Program-made: the position numbers and the translations under genes
In this document: positions 19,412 through 29,215 of the stretch, piece after piece
Layout of the letters: the number at the start of each line of letters is the position of its first letter
Numbering within the stretch: position 1 is the stretch's first letter
From: an archaeon
Lineage (GTDB): Archaea; Methanobacteriota_B; Thermococci; Methanofastidiosales; NM3
Length of the DNA stretch: 64,000 bases
Direction: 5' to 3'
Assembly (NCBI GenBank): GCA_004212155.1
Contig: RXIG01000028.1
Location: 32,812-96,811, forward strand
Notes under the pieces: model-generated
What the model was told of the DNA's origin: nothing
Database searches by the model: none
The model's input: only the letters and a program-made list of their open reading frames with translations

Positions 19412-19675
19412 GAAGTATGGTGGAGGGCGTACTTTTTAATATATGTGCCAAGTGGACTTGTTCTCAAAAAAGATGGTCACGTGGACGTTGAGTTCCAATA
19501 GGGCGGCCATGGGGTGTGCATGATATGCGCACACAATATGAATTATGTTCAATGAGCATAATTGGAACATGCGGAACAGTATGTACATGTGCGATGGGAT
19601 TCTACTATTGCCCCATGCCCATTCCTTGATAATTTCGTGCTTAGAACTACTCGTTTTACGCAAAGACAAAGACTC

Positions 19676-19691
19676 CAAAAAGTTTATATAA
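19676..19691 (+). promoter_or_regulatory. BRE/TATA promoter of tRNA-Met
   Basis: CAAAAAG-TTTATATAA about 25 nt upstream of the tRNA. Confidence 0.7.
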
Positions 19692-19715
19692 CAACTTATA
19701 ATAGCGATACTACCT

Positions 19716-19836
19716 GCCGGGGTGGCTTAGGCTGGTTATAGCGCTCGACTCATAAGTTAGTTGGCATTTGGATTCATGCGCTGATGTCTCGAGCTGAGAA
19801 ATCGAGAGGCCGCGGGTTCAAGTCCCGCCCCCGGCA
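19716..19836 (+). tRNA. Elongator tRNA-Met(CAT) with a 46-nt intron (19755-19800)
   Basis: GCCGGGG/CCCCGGC acceptor stem; CTCGA-CTCATA|intron|A-TCGAG; BHB helix CTCA/TGAG with 3-nt bulges. Confidence 0.93.
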
Positions 19837-19853
19837 CCTTTCTTGGTGGGACC

Positions 19854-20576
19854 ATGGCATATCATGGCGGATACGAGCGGTCGGCCCCCTATTACGATGT
19901 CTTTGACAGCAAACCTAATATTGCGTTTTTCTTGTCACGTGTCTGTCCCGGGTCCATCGTTGCCGATGTCGGCGCAGGCACCGGGCGCATCACGCTGCCC
20001 CTCGCGTCCCTCGCATCGCATGTCTATGCCATCGAACCATCCCCCGCCATGAGCGCCATACTTGAACGAAACGTAGCCCAGTGCGACAATGTGACCGTCA
20101 TCGCGTCTGATGCACAGTCGTTTTCCCTTCCAAAACAGTGTGATGTCACGGTGCTATCCGGGGTCTATGACCATTTTCTGAACGACGATGAGCGCAAGGC
20201 TTCGTTGAGCGCGATCTACGAGTGCCTCAAGCCAGGAGGGATCCTTTTGATGGATGCGTATATCGGCAGCGACGCGTCATCACCACAACGATTGGTCGAT
20301 GAATGTCACGACGGGCCGATGACATACCTGCGATACATTGGGCGCAGCGCAGATGACGGGGTCGTGAACGTATCGCTCAGGTATGAGGCTTATCGAGACG
20401 GAATGCTCGTTTCCAGCGTCTCTGAGCGGTCTCCCGTCTCGGTCTCAACACCTGAGGGAGTAAGAAAAATGCTCGGACACACGGGGTTTTGCATTGAGCA
20501 CATATGGTGCGACTATGCAGGCACGCCCTTCGAAGATGGTTCGGACACACTCGTCGTGAAAGCACGGCGCCGCTAG
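19854..20576 (+). CDS. Class I SAM-dependent methyltransferase
   Basis: ADVGAGTGR, IEPSPAM, LKPGG. Confidence 0.9.
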   Translation: MAYHGGYERSAPYYDVFDSKPNIAFFLSRVCPGSIVADVGAGTGRITLPLASLASHVYAIEPSPAMSAILERNVAQCDNVTVIASDAQSFSLPKQCDVTVLSGVYDHFLNDDERKASLSAIYECLKPGGILLMDAYIGSDASSPQRLVDECHDGPMTYLRYIGRSADDGVVNVSLRYEAYRDGMLVSSVSERSPVSVSTPEGVRKMLGHTGFCIEHIWCDYAGTPFEDGSDTLVVKARRR

Positions 20577-21337
20577 CTCACGTCGTCATGGTAATGGAGC
20601 GTATGCCATGGCTTTGCAGGGGTCATTACATTAATGTCGATGTCGGGGACGAGATGGCCAAGTTCACGTGCGCACTGTTCCACGCCAGGCATCTCAGTCT
20701 CACGGTGACCCGCATCGATGAGCGTAATGCCCAGATCTATGCCTTTGAGCGCCGCATGGTGCTTGAGGTCGCCTGAGAGGATGGTCGTGATGCCCTGCCT
20801 GGCGCATGCCTCTATGACATCCTCGTGGAATCCCGAACCTGGCAGTGCGGCCACCCTGTCTAGCTTACTTGCGTTTCCAACGATACGTATATCGGTGGTG
20901 TGCAACTGCAACTCCAGGAAGCTAACAAACTCATCGATGGTCTCATACTCCACCTTGCCCGTACGCATTTGTGGGGTAGACATCTCGTCCTCATCGAGAC
21001 CGATGCGCTGTGCTAGCGCCCATGAGACGCCCCGGGGTGCGAAATCTAGCGATGTATGCGCGGCGTAGAATGTTTGATCCCGTTTGAGGAGAAGCGCCAC
21101 CTTGTCCTTTATGTCAAGCTCGATGCGCCTTAAGGGGCTGAAAATGAGTGGGTGGTGGCTCACGATGAAGTCGCATTTTACAGATTGTATGGCATCGATC
21201 GTGGGGTCGAGCATGACCGTGACGTCTGACACATCGTCCTTGCCATCGATGAGCACGCCGCAGTTGTCCCACGATTCCATGCAAAAGGGTGGTGCGATCG
21301 CTTCCATAGCAGATATGACATCAGCCTTGTCGACCAT
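20573..21337 (-). CDS. Nif3-like dinuclear metal-centre protein
   Basis: WDNCG, SHHPLIF, HTSLD, GDLKHH, DAGH..E. Confidence 0.92.
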   Translation of the reverse strand: MVDKADVISAMEAIAPPFCMESWDNCGVLIDGKDDVSDVTVMLDPTIDAIQSVKCDFIVSHHPLIFSPLRRIELDIKDKVALLLKRDQTFYAAHTSLDFAPRGVSWALAQRIGLDEDEMSTPQMRTGKVEYETIDEFVSFLELQLHTTDIRIVGNASKLDRVAALPGSGFHEDVIEACARQGITTILSGDLKHHAALKGIDLGITLIDAGHRETEMPGVEQCARELGHLVPDIDINVMTPAKPWHTLHYHDDVS

Positions 21338-21338
21338 T

Positions 21339-23081
21339 TCATGCCACCTTCTTCACGGCAACGACGCGCAGCTTGAACTTGAGCGTCTTACCGGCCATTG
21401 GGTGGTTCGTGTCCACAATGAACGCGTCGTCGGTGATCTCGATGATCGTGCCATTGCCAAATCTGTCGTCCACCTCGTAGTCGTCGGGATCGAACGATAC
21501 GACGATCGTTTCCTCACCCACATGCGCAGTAGCAGCCTCGCCACGGATGGGCACCATTGTGCCATCCTCTGTCACACGTTCTATTGTGAATGCATCCTCC
21601 GACTCGTCGATGATCTTGGTCTGGAGGTTCTCGTATGTGAAGACCTCGCCAACCTCCTTGAGGGACGTCACCTCGATGGAGACCGTGCTACCCGATACTG
21701 AGACGATGGTGCCCTGGCCAAAGGGAAGCTCGACCTGGTTTCCCTCGTAGGGCTCGCCCTGGTAACTGCTCATGAACTCCTCTGTCGTCATGGTGAAATC
21801 TTTTTCGAGCGTCTCTATGATGGGATACTCGCCCACCAAAAACGTCACCTCGTTGACCTTGTCCTCGTCCCACTCGCCGTAACCTTCCTCCGGCGGCACG
21901 GTGATCGTCTTCTCATCGCCGATGCCCATGCCTTTGAGCGCCTCGTTGACTCCCGTTATCATTGTCTGGGTGTTTTGCAGCGTGGTACCCGGCTTGATCG
22001 TCAGTGCGACGGATTTGTGGGCGTTTGAGTTATCAAGAGGCATGTCGGGCGTGACTTCCTCGACGTCAACGAACGTGGAGTCGAACACCTCGCCGTCCTC
22101 GTAATATCCAATGTAGCGCATCTTCACGAAATCGCCTGCCTCGGCGGTCCACTCATCGGCGTCAATGACGCCTTTCTCAATGGACTCTACCCTGACCTTG
22201 TAATTGTAATGGTCGAGTTCCACTTGCATCTCATCTTCAGATACCTCGGTGACATGCACAGGCACCCATGTATTGAACTTGTTGATGAAAAACGTCACGT
22301 CGGTCTCGCCCTCGTAGCGAACGTGGATCTTCTCGTCTGTCTTCTCGGTAACTGTCGCCTTGCCGTATTCGAGATAGAGCTCACCGCCGACCTCACACAC
22401 TACTTCATAGGTGACATTCGTATCGTCGAATTCGATCACTTCGATGGTCATGCTCTCGGTCTCATACTCCGCCCCTACCTCGGGTTCGCCGAATTCGTTC
22501 TCAAAGGCGGAAAGCGACACCGTTCCGAATCTGTCTATCTCCGTGTCGCGTGACAGGCTAAATGTTCGTTCTTCCCCATGGAGTATGCTCTCATTCTCGC
22601 CCAAAATCAATTCTGCGGGAATCGAGATCTCAGTTGTCTTGCCCTTTTTAAGACCTACGAGCATGGCATCATTCCAATAGAGCGGCAACATCACGCCCTG
22701 CACGTTCTTGTACCCGCCTATGGTGAGCCTCTGCGGATTCTTGAGTCTGTTGTCATCGAGCGGCGTATCCACGGTGACGCTGTCCGGATTAGGAACGATC
22801 GTGTGCTGTATCACCTGTCCTGTATCGTAATAGCATATGAAGTTGAATCGTACCTCATCACCCCGCTCAACGGTCGATCTCGCCTCTGTGGATGACCGAT
22901 AGAGCAGTACGCCGGAGACGATGACAATTACAATGAGGGCGAGCGTTATGCCCGTCTTTAGCTGGTTCCGATATTTATACGTTAGCTTGTTCTTGCTGTG
23001 CTTTCGGATATGCTTCTCGCTCTTTCGTTTCTTGAGTTTAGAAGTTTTTCGTGGCGGAGGGGTATACTTCTTTGAGACCAT
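21339..23081 (-). CDS. Membrane-anchored tandem FKBP-type peptidyl-prolyl isomerase
   Basis: Basic N-terminus plus one TM helix; degenerate FKBP domain 1; domain 2 has YIGYYEDGEVFDST, VPPEEGYG, DTNHPMAGKTLKF. Confidence 0.85.
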   Translation of the reverse strand: MVSKKYTPPPRKTSKLKKRKSEKHIRKHSKNKLTYKYRNQLKTGITLALIVIVIVSGVLLYRSSTEARSTVERGDEVRFNFICYYDTGQVIQHTIVPNPDSVTVDTPLDDNRLKNPQRLTIGGYKNVQGVMLPLYWNDAMLVGLKKGKTTEISIPAELILGENESILHGEERTFSLSRDTEIDRFGTVSLSAFENEFGEPEVGAEYETESMTIEVIEFDDTNVTYEVVCEVGGELYLEYGKATVTEKTDEKIHVRYEGETDVTFFINKFNTWVPVHVTEVSEDEMQVELDHYNYKVRVESIEKGVIDADEWTAEAGDFVKMRYIGYYEDGEVFDSTFVDVEEVTPDMPLDNSNAHKSVALTIKPGTTLQNTQTMITGVNEALKGMGIGDEKTITVPPEEGYGEWDEDKVNEVTFLVGEYPIIETLEKDFTMTTEEFMSSYQGEPYEGNQVELPFGQGTIVSVSGSTVSIEVTSLKEVGEVFTYENLQTKIIDESEDAFTIERVTEDGTMVPIRGEAATAHVGEETIVVSFDPDDYEVDDRFGNGTIIEITDDAFIVDTNHPMAGKTLKFKLRVVAVKKVA

Positions 23082-23518
23082 CGGTTCACCGACAAAACGG
23101 TACAATGGAATCATATAAATATTATGGTGGTAAGCTGCTGTGGCTTTGCATGCAAAGCCCTATATCTTCAAGTGCATTCGCACGCTGTGCTAAACGGCAG
23201 GCGTGCAGGATACAATATTGTCCCATTTATCCCCTCGCACGCGCATCAGGAAATGCGTTTCCCACTATGGACAGCCGCATTAAAATCGGTCACTACGCAG
23301 AACCATCATTCGTATTCTATACGCATTATGCAACGAACTAAGATGGAGACCCATAAATGGAATATGCAGGGGGATGAGTATAACAATTGAGATAGAAAAA
23401 GATTTATTTATATTCGTCTATGGGGACTTTATCTCCGATATCGACTTTATGTGCAAAACCCGCCGCTGCAAAAAGCTTTTTTAATATGACTAGGAATCTA
23501 TTCGTAGGTGTAGGCCTC

Positions 23519-24664
23519 ATGAAACGATTCGTTCTCATAACACTGTTCCTCCTGGCTTCGCTTCCAGCGCTCACAAGTGCCACCGAGGCTGAGTTTGCCC
23601 TCGACGTGACCATCGAGGAGGTGACACCCGCCAAGGTATATGTGGGCGACACGGTCAACGTCACGCTCAACATAGCCAATGTTTCAGAATCTGACGGCGA
23701 GAAGTTGTGGGATGCCACCATCTTCATCGACGAGTCCATACTCGATGAGACGGTTCGTGAATCGATTACCATCAACGATCCCGATGGCGCGCCCATAGAA
23801 TATGGTGGTACCCAGCATCCAGGTGACGAGTTATGGCCTGGCGAGACCACGTCGGCCGAGCTCTCGTTCACGCTCGATGACGATGCGCCCGGGGGAACGT
23901 ATTACATCCCCTTTGTCATCACGGGAAAACGGGGTCCGTGCCCCCAGGGCTGCCATCCGTGGAGGGAAGAGGTGGTGACGCTGTCCTTGAACGTCATCCA
24001 CGGGCTTCCTGCGCTGAGCCTGTCGGTATCATCTGACAATGTCGCCGCCGAGGGCGAGACGCTCAACGTTGACTTCTCAGTGCGCAATCTCGGTTCCGCG
24101 CCCGCATACAATGTCAAGGCTGAGGTAAAAAGCGATTACTCGTCGCTTGTGAGCCAGGTCAACATACCTGGCGATGTTGATACGCTCGAGCCCAACGATG
24201 CCCTCGAAGGGAGCGTTGCCATATTCACGTCTTCACTAGGCGAGGGCGAGTACGAATTGCGTCTTGATGTCAGCTTCGAGGACACGAAAGGGACACAATA
24301 TGTCAAACAGAAGACATTTTCCCTCTCCATACTCCCGTCACAGCAGGCCAGCTTTGAACAGCAGGGCGATGATGCATACGATGAGGGAGTCGCACTTCTC
24401 GAGGCCGATGACTTCAAGGGGGCGATCATGCTCTTTTCTCAGGCCAAACAGCTCTATGTGCTTTCAGAAAATGATGACAAGGCGGCACAGTGCGAACAAA
24501 AAGTCGATGACGCATATCAACAGCTTGAGACGGCACTAACGCCCGAGCCTGTCGAGGAGAATGAGAACTATCTGCTCCTCATTGGCCTGTTCACAGGTGC
24601 GGCCGCAGCATTCCTTGGGTTGACGGCAGGCATGATACGGCGCAGAAGGTCTGCTAATAGGTGA
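23519..24664 (+). CDS. Secreted Ig-like (CARDB/COG1361-like) protein with C-terminal TM anchor
   Basis: Signal peptide, VRNLGSAPAYNV, TPR-like helices, TM helix followed by RRRR. Confidence 0.7.
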   Translation: MKRFVLITLFLLASLPALTSATEAEFALDVTIEEVTPAKVYVGDTVNVTLNIANVSESDGEKLWDATIFIDESILDETVRESITINDPDGAPIEYGGTQHPGDELWPGETTSAELSFTLDDDAPGGTYYIPFVITGKRGPCPQGCHPWREEVVTLSLNVIHGLPALSLSVSSDNVAAEGETLNVDFSVRNLGSAPAYNVKAEVKSDYSSLVSQVNIPGDVDTLEPNDALEGSVAIFTSSLGEGEYELRLDVSFEDTKGTQYVKQKTFSLSILPSQQASFEQQGDDAYDEGVALLEADDFKGAIMLFSQAKQLYVLSENDDKAAQCEQKVDDAYQQLETALTPEPVEENENYLLLIGLFTGAAAAFLGLTAGMIRRRRSANR

Positions 24665-25301
24665 GGGCGGCTTGGGCCGCTTTTCTCTTCTTGTATGCGA
24701 CGTAGCCCATCATGATGCCTATCGACACGATCGCGGCAACGATGACGATACCAGCTATGATCTCAGTCGATGGGAGCGTGTAGGCGGTCTCTGACATCTC
24801 AGCCGCGTTGACAAGGATGTCGCCCCCTTCCTCAGGTGGAGGTGCCTTGAACACGTCCGGGTAGACCGTGACCTTTTTGGAGAAGAGCGCCAGGAGCGCG
24901 CCGGACAACGTGGCACCTATCAGCGATGATATGCCTATGAGCTTTGCAGATAAAGGGGAACGGACCGTGCTTGCAACAACGTTCTTTGCAGCCTCATCTG
25001 ATGGTGGGACGATAAGTATCGCCTGTTTTGAAGGCCCGTAATACTTGATCTCCCTGAACTTCTTCGAGAGCTCTGTGTCAACGACCTTTATGAGCCCTGC
25101 CTCTCTGAGGCGTTCTATGTGGAAAAGCACCGTGGAAAGCCCCATATCAAGTTCGTTTGCAATGTCTGTCGTGCTCTTCTTTCCCTCGAATATGCACTCG
25201 AGCACCTGGCGTCCTTTGTCGTTAGCTATCTCCATGGCAACGATCTTTGCCCTCTCATCCTTCATGGAGACGACGTGAAATAGCTCACTGAAGTCGTTCA
25301 T
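24654..25301 (-). CDS. ArsR-type winged-helix regulator with two C-terminal TM helices
   Basis: STTDIANEL..LSTV.FHIERLREAGLI..KYY; two hydrophobic segments. Confidence 0.8.
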   Translation of the reverse strand: MNDFSELFHVVSMKDERAKIVAMEIANDKGRQVLECIFEGKKSTTDIANELDMGLSTVLFHIERLREAGLIKVVDTELSKKFREIKYYGPSKQAILIVPPSDEAAKNVVASTVRSPLSAKLIGISSLIGATLSGALLALFSKKVTVYPDVFKAPPPEEGGDILVNAAEMSETAYTLPSTEIIAGIVIVAAIVSIGIMMGYVAYKKRKAAQAALTY

Positions 25302-25361
25302 ACACCTACTATGATCGTTCGAGAATAAAAACTATTTCATATGCTTCAATGAGTGTTGAAG

Positions 25362-26399
25362 CTAACACACCCGGGGTACGGGATCACTTTCAGGCATGTC
25401 GAACAGTCTCAGGGCGCCAATTTCCGTCTCAAGCAGCACCTTTTCATCATCGGTCACTCGCCCTATCGCGGCCGCATCGGTGCCATGCCTCGTTGCACGT
25501 ATCGCCCTTAGCACGCGTTCGGCCCTTTCGGCCATGACCGCCAAGACGACCTTCCCCTCGTTTGCAACCTCGAACGGATTGATACCCAATATCTCCGAGG
25601 CTGCGCGTACGGATGGCCTTATGGGGATGTTGTGTTCGCGTATGACCATGCCGCACCCAGCCTTTGACGCCATTTCGTTGAGGGCTCCCGCAATACCTCC
25701 ACGCGTGGGATCCTTCATCGCAGTGACACCCCCCGCTTCGAGGGCTGCGCGCACGACGTCCCATACCGGCGCAACATCGGAACTAAGGTCACCGGATATC
25801 GAGAGCTCGTCCCGCTCCGAGAGTATCGACACCCCGTGGTCACCCATGGTGCCCGATGCGATGATGACATCGCCCGGCTCGAGCCCGCTGTCTGTGATGA
25901 AGCTTGAAGGGTAATCCCTCGCTGCACGCACGATCTTGATATTTTCGTCAAGACCCTTCCATCGCCTTCCCACACCCGTCGTCGTTGCATAGAGCCCAAT
26001 AGGGTCTTCGACCACCTTCGTGTCTCCTGCCACGATCTGGGCTTCGACCTCGTCACACGATGCCTTCATCGCCCTAAGTATCCTTACAAGGGCATCTCTC
26101 TGGAACCCAGCCTGGATGATGAGCGAGGACGTGAGGAGCAAGGGGCGGGCGCCCATGACGCTCACGTCGTTGATGGTGCCACACGCGGCGAGCGTGCCCA
26201 TGTTGCCTCCCCTGAAGAAGAGGGGCTTGACGGTATGGCCGTCGGTGGTGATGATATAGTTGTCAAACGACGCACCATCATCGAGCTGGGCGAGTCCGAT
26301 GTCCCCCACGGTCGAGGGACCAAACGTTGAAAGGACCACTTCGCTGATGAACTCGTTCATCTTCCTACCGCCTGCACCATCTCGAAGGTCTACTTTCAT
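25362..26399 (-). CDS. hypE: Hydrogenase maturation protein HypE
   Basis: GAGG, GTINDV, GDTKVV, DPTRGG, ANEGK, C-terminal PRVC. Confidence 0.95.
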   Translation of the reverse strand: MKVDLRDGAGGRKMNEFISEVVLSTFGPSTVGDIGLAQLDDGASFDNYIITTDGHTVKPLFFRGGNMGTLAACGTINDVSVMGARPLLLTSSLIIQAGFQRDALVRILRAMKASCDEVEAQIVAGDTKVVEDPIGLYATTTGVGRRWKGLDENIKIVRAARDYPSSFITDSGLEPGDVIIASGTMGDHGVSILSERDELSISGDLSSDVAPVWDVVRAALEAGGVTAMKDPTRGGIAGALNEMASKAGCGMVIREHNIPIRPSVRAASEILGINPFEVANEGKVVLAVMAERAERVLRAIRATRHGTDAAAIGRVTDDEKVLLETEIGALRLFDMPESDPVPRVC

Positions 26400-26459
26400 G
26401 CCTCCAACTCTAGAAGCATGTTTTTAAAGATTCGCCTTGATGCAACTTCTGGTGTGCAG

Positions 26460-26834
26460 ATGCATGAGATTTCAGTCGCACAGACGATCGTCAACGAGAT
26501 ACTCGCAGAGGCTGAGCGCCAATCGGCAGCAAAGGTGACCCGCGTGGTCCTTGAACTTGGAAAGCTCACGATGCTCAACTTCGATCAGGTGTCGTTTTGG
26601 GTCTCGGCCTTCCTCGAGGGAACGGTGGGAGAGGACGCCGAGATATCCATCACCCCGGTCGACGGCAGCGTCGAGTGTCGGGAATGCAAGGCCATCTCCG
26701 ATGTTTTGGTAGAGGATGATCCAACGCTCCATTACTCGGTACCGCAGTTCACATGCGAACGGTGCGGTTCGCACAATACGTTTATATGCAAGGGTCGGGA
26801 GATGGTGATCAAGACCATCCGTATAGAAAGGTGA
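26460..26834 (+). CDS. hypA: Hydrogenase nickel chaperone HypA
   Basis: MHE start, CREC, CERC, GRE. Confidence 0.93.
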   Translation: MHEISVAQTIVNEILAEAERQSAAKVTRVVLELGKLTMLNFDQVSFWVSAFLEGTVGEDAEISITPVDGSVECRECKAISDVLVEDDPTLHYSVPQFTCERCGSHNTFICKGREMVIKTIRIER

Positions 26835-26838
26835 TATC

Positions 26839-27495
26839 ATGCATAAGGTGTCGGACGTCAAGGTCGAACAGGACATCATGAGGATCAACAGGAAGATCGC
26901 GTCAGAGAACAGGTCGTTTTTTGAGAAGAACGGCATCACAGTCTTCAATATCATGGGCGCCATCGGCTCGGGCAAGACATGTCTTATCGAGCATGCCATC
27001 GAGGAGCTCAAAGACTCATATTCCATCGCCGTCATCGCCGGCGACGTCATTGCACAGTACGATAGTGATAGATTCGCATCTCACGGCGTGAAGGTGCTAC
27101 CCGTATCGACCGGGAAGGAGTGTCACCTTGACGCTCACTTCGTCGAACATGCGCTTGAGCATACGGACGTGAAGGACATCGACATACTGTTTATCGAGAA
27201 CGTGGGAAATCTCATCTGCCCCTCTGACTTCGATCTGGGGGAAGATGCGCGCGTCGTCATCGTGTCCGTGTCCGAAGGCGATGACATCGTGCTCAAACAC
27301 CCCGTGATATTCAAGCTCTCGGACCTCACGGTCGTCAATAAGGTCGACATTGCCGAGCACGTCGGCGCTTCAGCAGAGAAGATGGTGGCCGATGCCATTA
27401 CCTGCGGATGCACCCGCGCAATCCCAACGAGCTGTCGCAAGGGGGAAGGCCTTGAGGAATGGGTATCGTTCATACGCGAAACCCTCAGGACGTGA
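26839..27495 (+). CDS. hypB: Hydrogenase nickel-incorporation GTPase HypB
   Basis: GAIGSGKT, CHLDA, ENVGNLICP, NKVD. Confidence 0.95.
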   Translation: MHKVSDVKVEQDIMRINRKIASENRSFFEKNGITVFNIMGAIGSGKTCLIEHAIEELKDSYSIAVIAGDVIAQYDSDRFASHGVKVLPVSTGKECHLDAHFVEHALEHTDVKDIDILFIENVGNLICPSDFDLGEDARVVIVSVSEGDDIVLKHPVIFKLSDLTVVNKVDIAEHVGASAEKMVADAITCGCTRAIPTSCRKGEGLEEWVSFIRETLRT

Positions 27496-27498
27496 TCG

Positions 27499-27789
27499 TC
27501 ACCTGTCCTGACCGGTGTCTACCTCTTCGATGATTTTCTTACCAGCAGCGACCTTGTCGATGGAGTGTATCGTGCCTCCAAGGCCCTCTATCAGTTTTTC
27601 TATCTCAGAGTAGTTGATGTTTTCCCCAACGATCGATATCTTGACGGTCTCTGTCTTCTGGTCTATCTCCATGAGCGAAACATTGACGCCCACGACGTTC
27701 TCCAGATTCGAGAGCGTTTCCGTGAATTCGGGAAGAATAGGTTTGTGGGGTTTCAAAACATCGAGAACCAACAGTTTTATGTTAGACAA
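27499..27789 (-). CDS. DUF211 family protein
   Basis: LVLDVLKPH..GVNV..IHSIDKVAAG; TTG start after GGAGG. Confidence 0.85.
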   Translation of the reverse strand: MSNIKLLVLDVLKPHKPILPEFTETLSNLENVVGVNVSLMEIDQKTETVKISIVGENINYSEIEKLIEGLGGTIHSIDKVAAGKKIIEEVDTGQDR

Positions 27790-28036
27790 TGCAGTTCCTC
27801 CTGATGCGCTATAGTTTCGTTTTTTAGGCATGCTTAAAAACATTTCGTGCTTTTGGAGGCTACAAGCAGCGCCGTTACATGACAAGAAGCGTTTTGTGTC
27901 ATGATAGTGCGTGGCGTGATAGGACATATGCGCGAATCCATGTTGTATTTAACCATTTTTTTGCTTATTAATTATGATTTTATTTTTAAATTTTACGAAA
28001 GTTATTTAAGTAAGTCTATACATACTTTATAAGCTT

Positions 28037-28261
28037 ATGGTTTCACGATTGGGAGAAGTTGTAAACATTTCTGGTACTACCGTTATTGTACAGGGTAACA
28101 AGATCGGTCCCCGTGCTGTCGGAAAAATCGTCATAGACAAGAAGATGAACGAAGTGGGTCGCGTGGTCGACGTGTTCGGTCCCGTTGACGCCCCCTACGC
28201 TAAGATTGTGCTCTTTTCAAAGGAAACACCTTTTCGTGATTCAGCAGTGTATTTGAGGTGA
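28037..28261 (+). CDS. gar1: H/ACA RNP subunit Gar1
   Basis: VGRVVDVFGPVDAPY; conserved position upstream of tfb. Confidence 0.88.
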   Translation: MVSRLGEVVNISGTTVIVQGNKIGPRAVGKIVIDKKMNEVGRVVDVFGPVDAPYAKIVLFSKETPFRDSAVYLR

Positions 28262-28267
28262 GCGCGT

Positions 28268-29194
28268 ATGGCTGAAGAAAAGACAAAATCCGAGCAAGTA
28301 TGTCCCGAGTGCGGGAGCACGAAAATCGTACGGGACTTCGACAGGGGGGAGCTGATATGTGTGACCTGCGGATTGGTCATCAAGGACAAGATGTACGACC
28401 GTGGTCCCGAATGGCGTGCGTTTGATAGCGAACAAAGGGACAAGCGGGGCCGTGTAGGGGCCCCCATGACATATACCATCCATGACAAGGGTCTTTCCAC
28501 CATCATTGATTGGAGGAACAAGGATGTGCATGGAAGGGACATATCCCCCACGAGCAGGGCGCAGATCTACCGCCTGCGCAAATGGCAGCGACGTATCAGG
28601 GTCTCTGACGCGGCTGAGCGCAACTTGGCATTTGCTATGGCAGAGCTCGATAGGCTCTCATCACACCTTTCCCTGCCACGCAGCATCCGCGAAGCGGCCG
28701 CAATGATATATCGCCGTGCCGTCGAGGAGAACCTCATTCGGGGACGGTCTATCGAGTCTGTCACCGCTGCCTGCCTCTATGCAGCATGTCGTCAGCGCGG
28801 CGTTCCGCGAACTCTCGAGGAGATCGCCGAACATGCCCGTGTCGACAAAAAGGAGATAGGACGCAGCTATCGATTCATCGTCAAGGAACTAAACATACGC
28901 ATCAATCCCACCAATCCAATCGATTACATACCCCGTTTCGCATCGGAACTTGGCCTTTCAAGCACCGTTCAACAGCGCGCCATCGAGATTCTCGAACAAG
29001 CCATCCACATGGGCCTGACGTCGGGAAGGGGGCCCATGGGCGTTGCTGCGGCAGCTTTATATATCGCCTCAATAGAGAAAGGTGAGCGCCGTACACAACG
29101 TGACGTGTCCGAGGTAGCGAAGGTGACCGAGGTCACCGTGCGTAACAGGTACAAGGAACTACAGGAAAAGCTTGATATCTCGATTGACGTGTGA
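28268..29194 (+). CDS. tfb: Transcription initiation factor TFB
   Basis: CPECG zinc ribbon, GPEWRAF, HDKGLST, two cyclin repeats, [12 protein letters not shown]. Confidence 0.97.
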   Translation: MAEEKTKSEQVCPECGSTKIVRDFDRGELICVTCGLVIKDKMYDRGPEWRAFDSEQRDKRGRVGAPMTYTIHDKGLSTIIDWRNKDVHGRDISPTSRAQIYRLRKWQRRIRVSDAAERNLAFAMAELDRLSSHLSLPRSIREAAAMIYRRAVEENLIRGRSIESVTAACLYAACRQRGVPRTLEEIAEHARVDKKEIGRSYRFIVKELNIRINPTNPIDYIPRFASELGLSSTVQQRAIEILEQAIHMGLTSGRGPMGVAAAALYIASIEKGERRTQRDVSEVAKVTEVTVRNRYKELQEKLDISIDV

Positions 29195-29215
29195 TGGCGC
29201 CACGGAGCTGTATGA

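Noticed and set aside
19436-19678. Cobalamin riboswitch upstream of cobO, and the 80-aa minus-strand ORF
   Set aside because: No B12-box or GGGAA..GCCACTG consensus on either strand; the ORF has no RBS or family signal
19755-19800. C/D box guide inside the tRNA-Met intron
   Set aside because: CTGA and TGATG words are present, but there is no ordered C...D pair and the intron is only 46 nt
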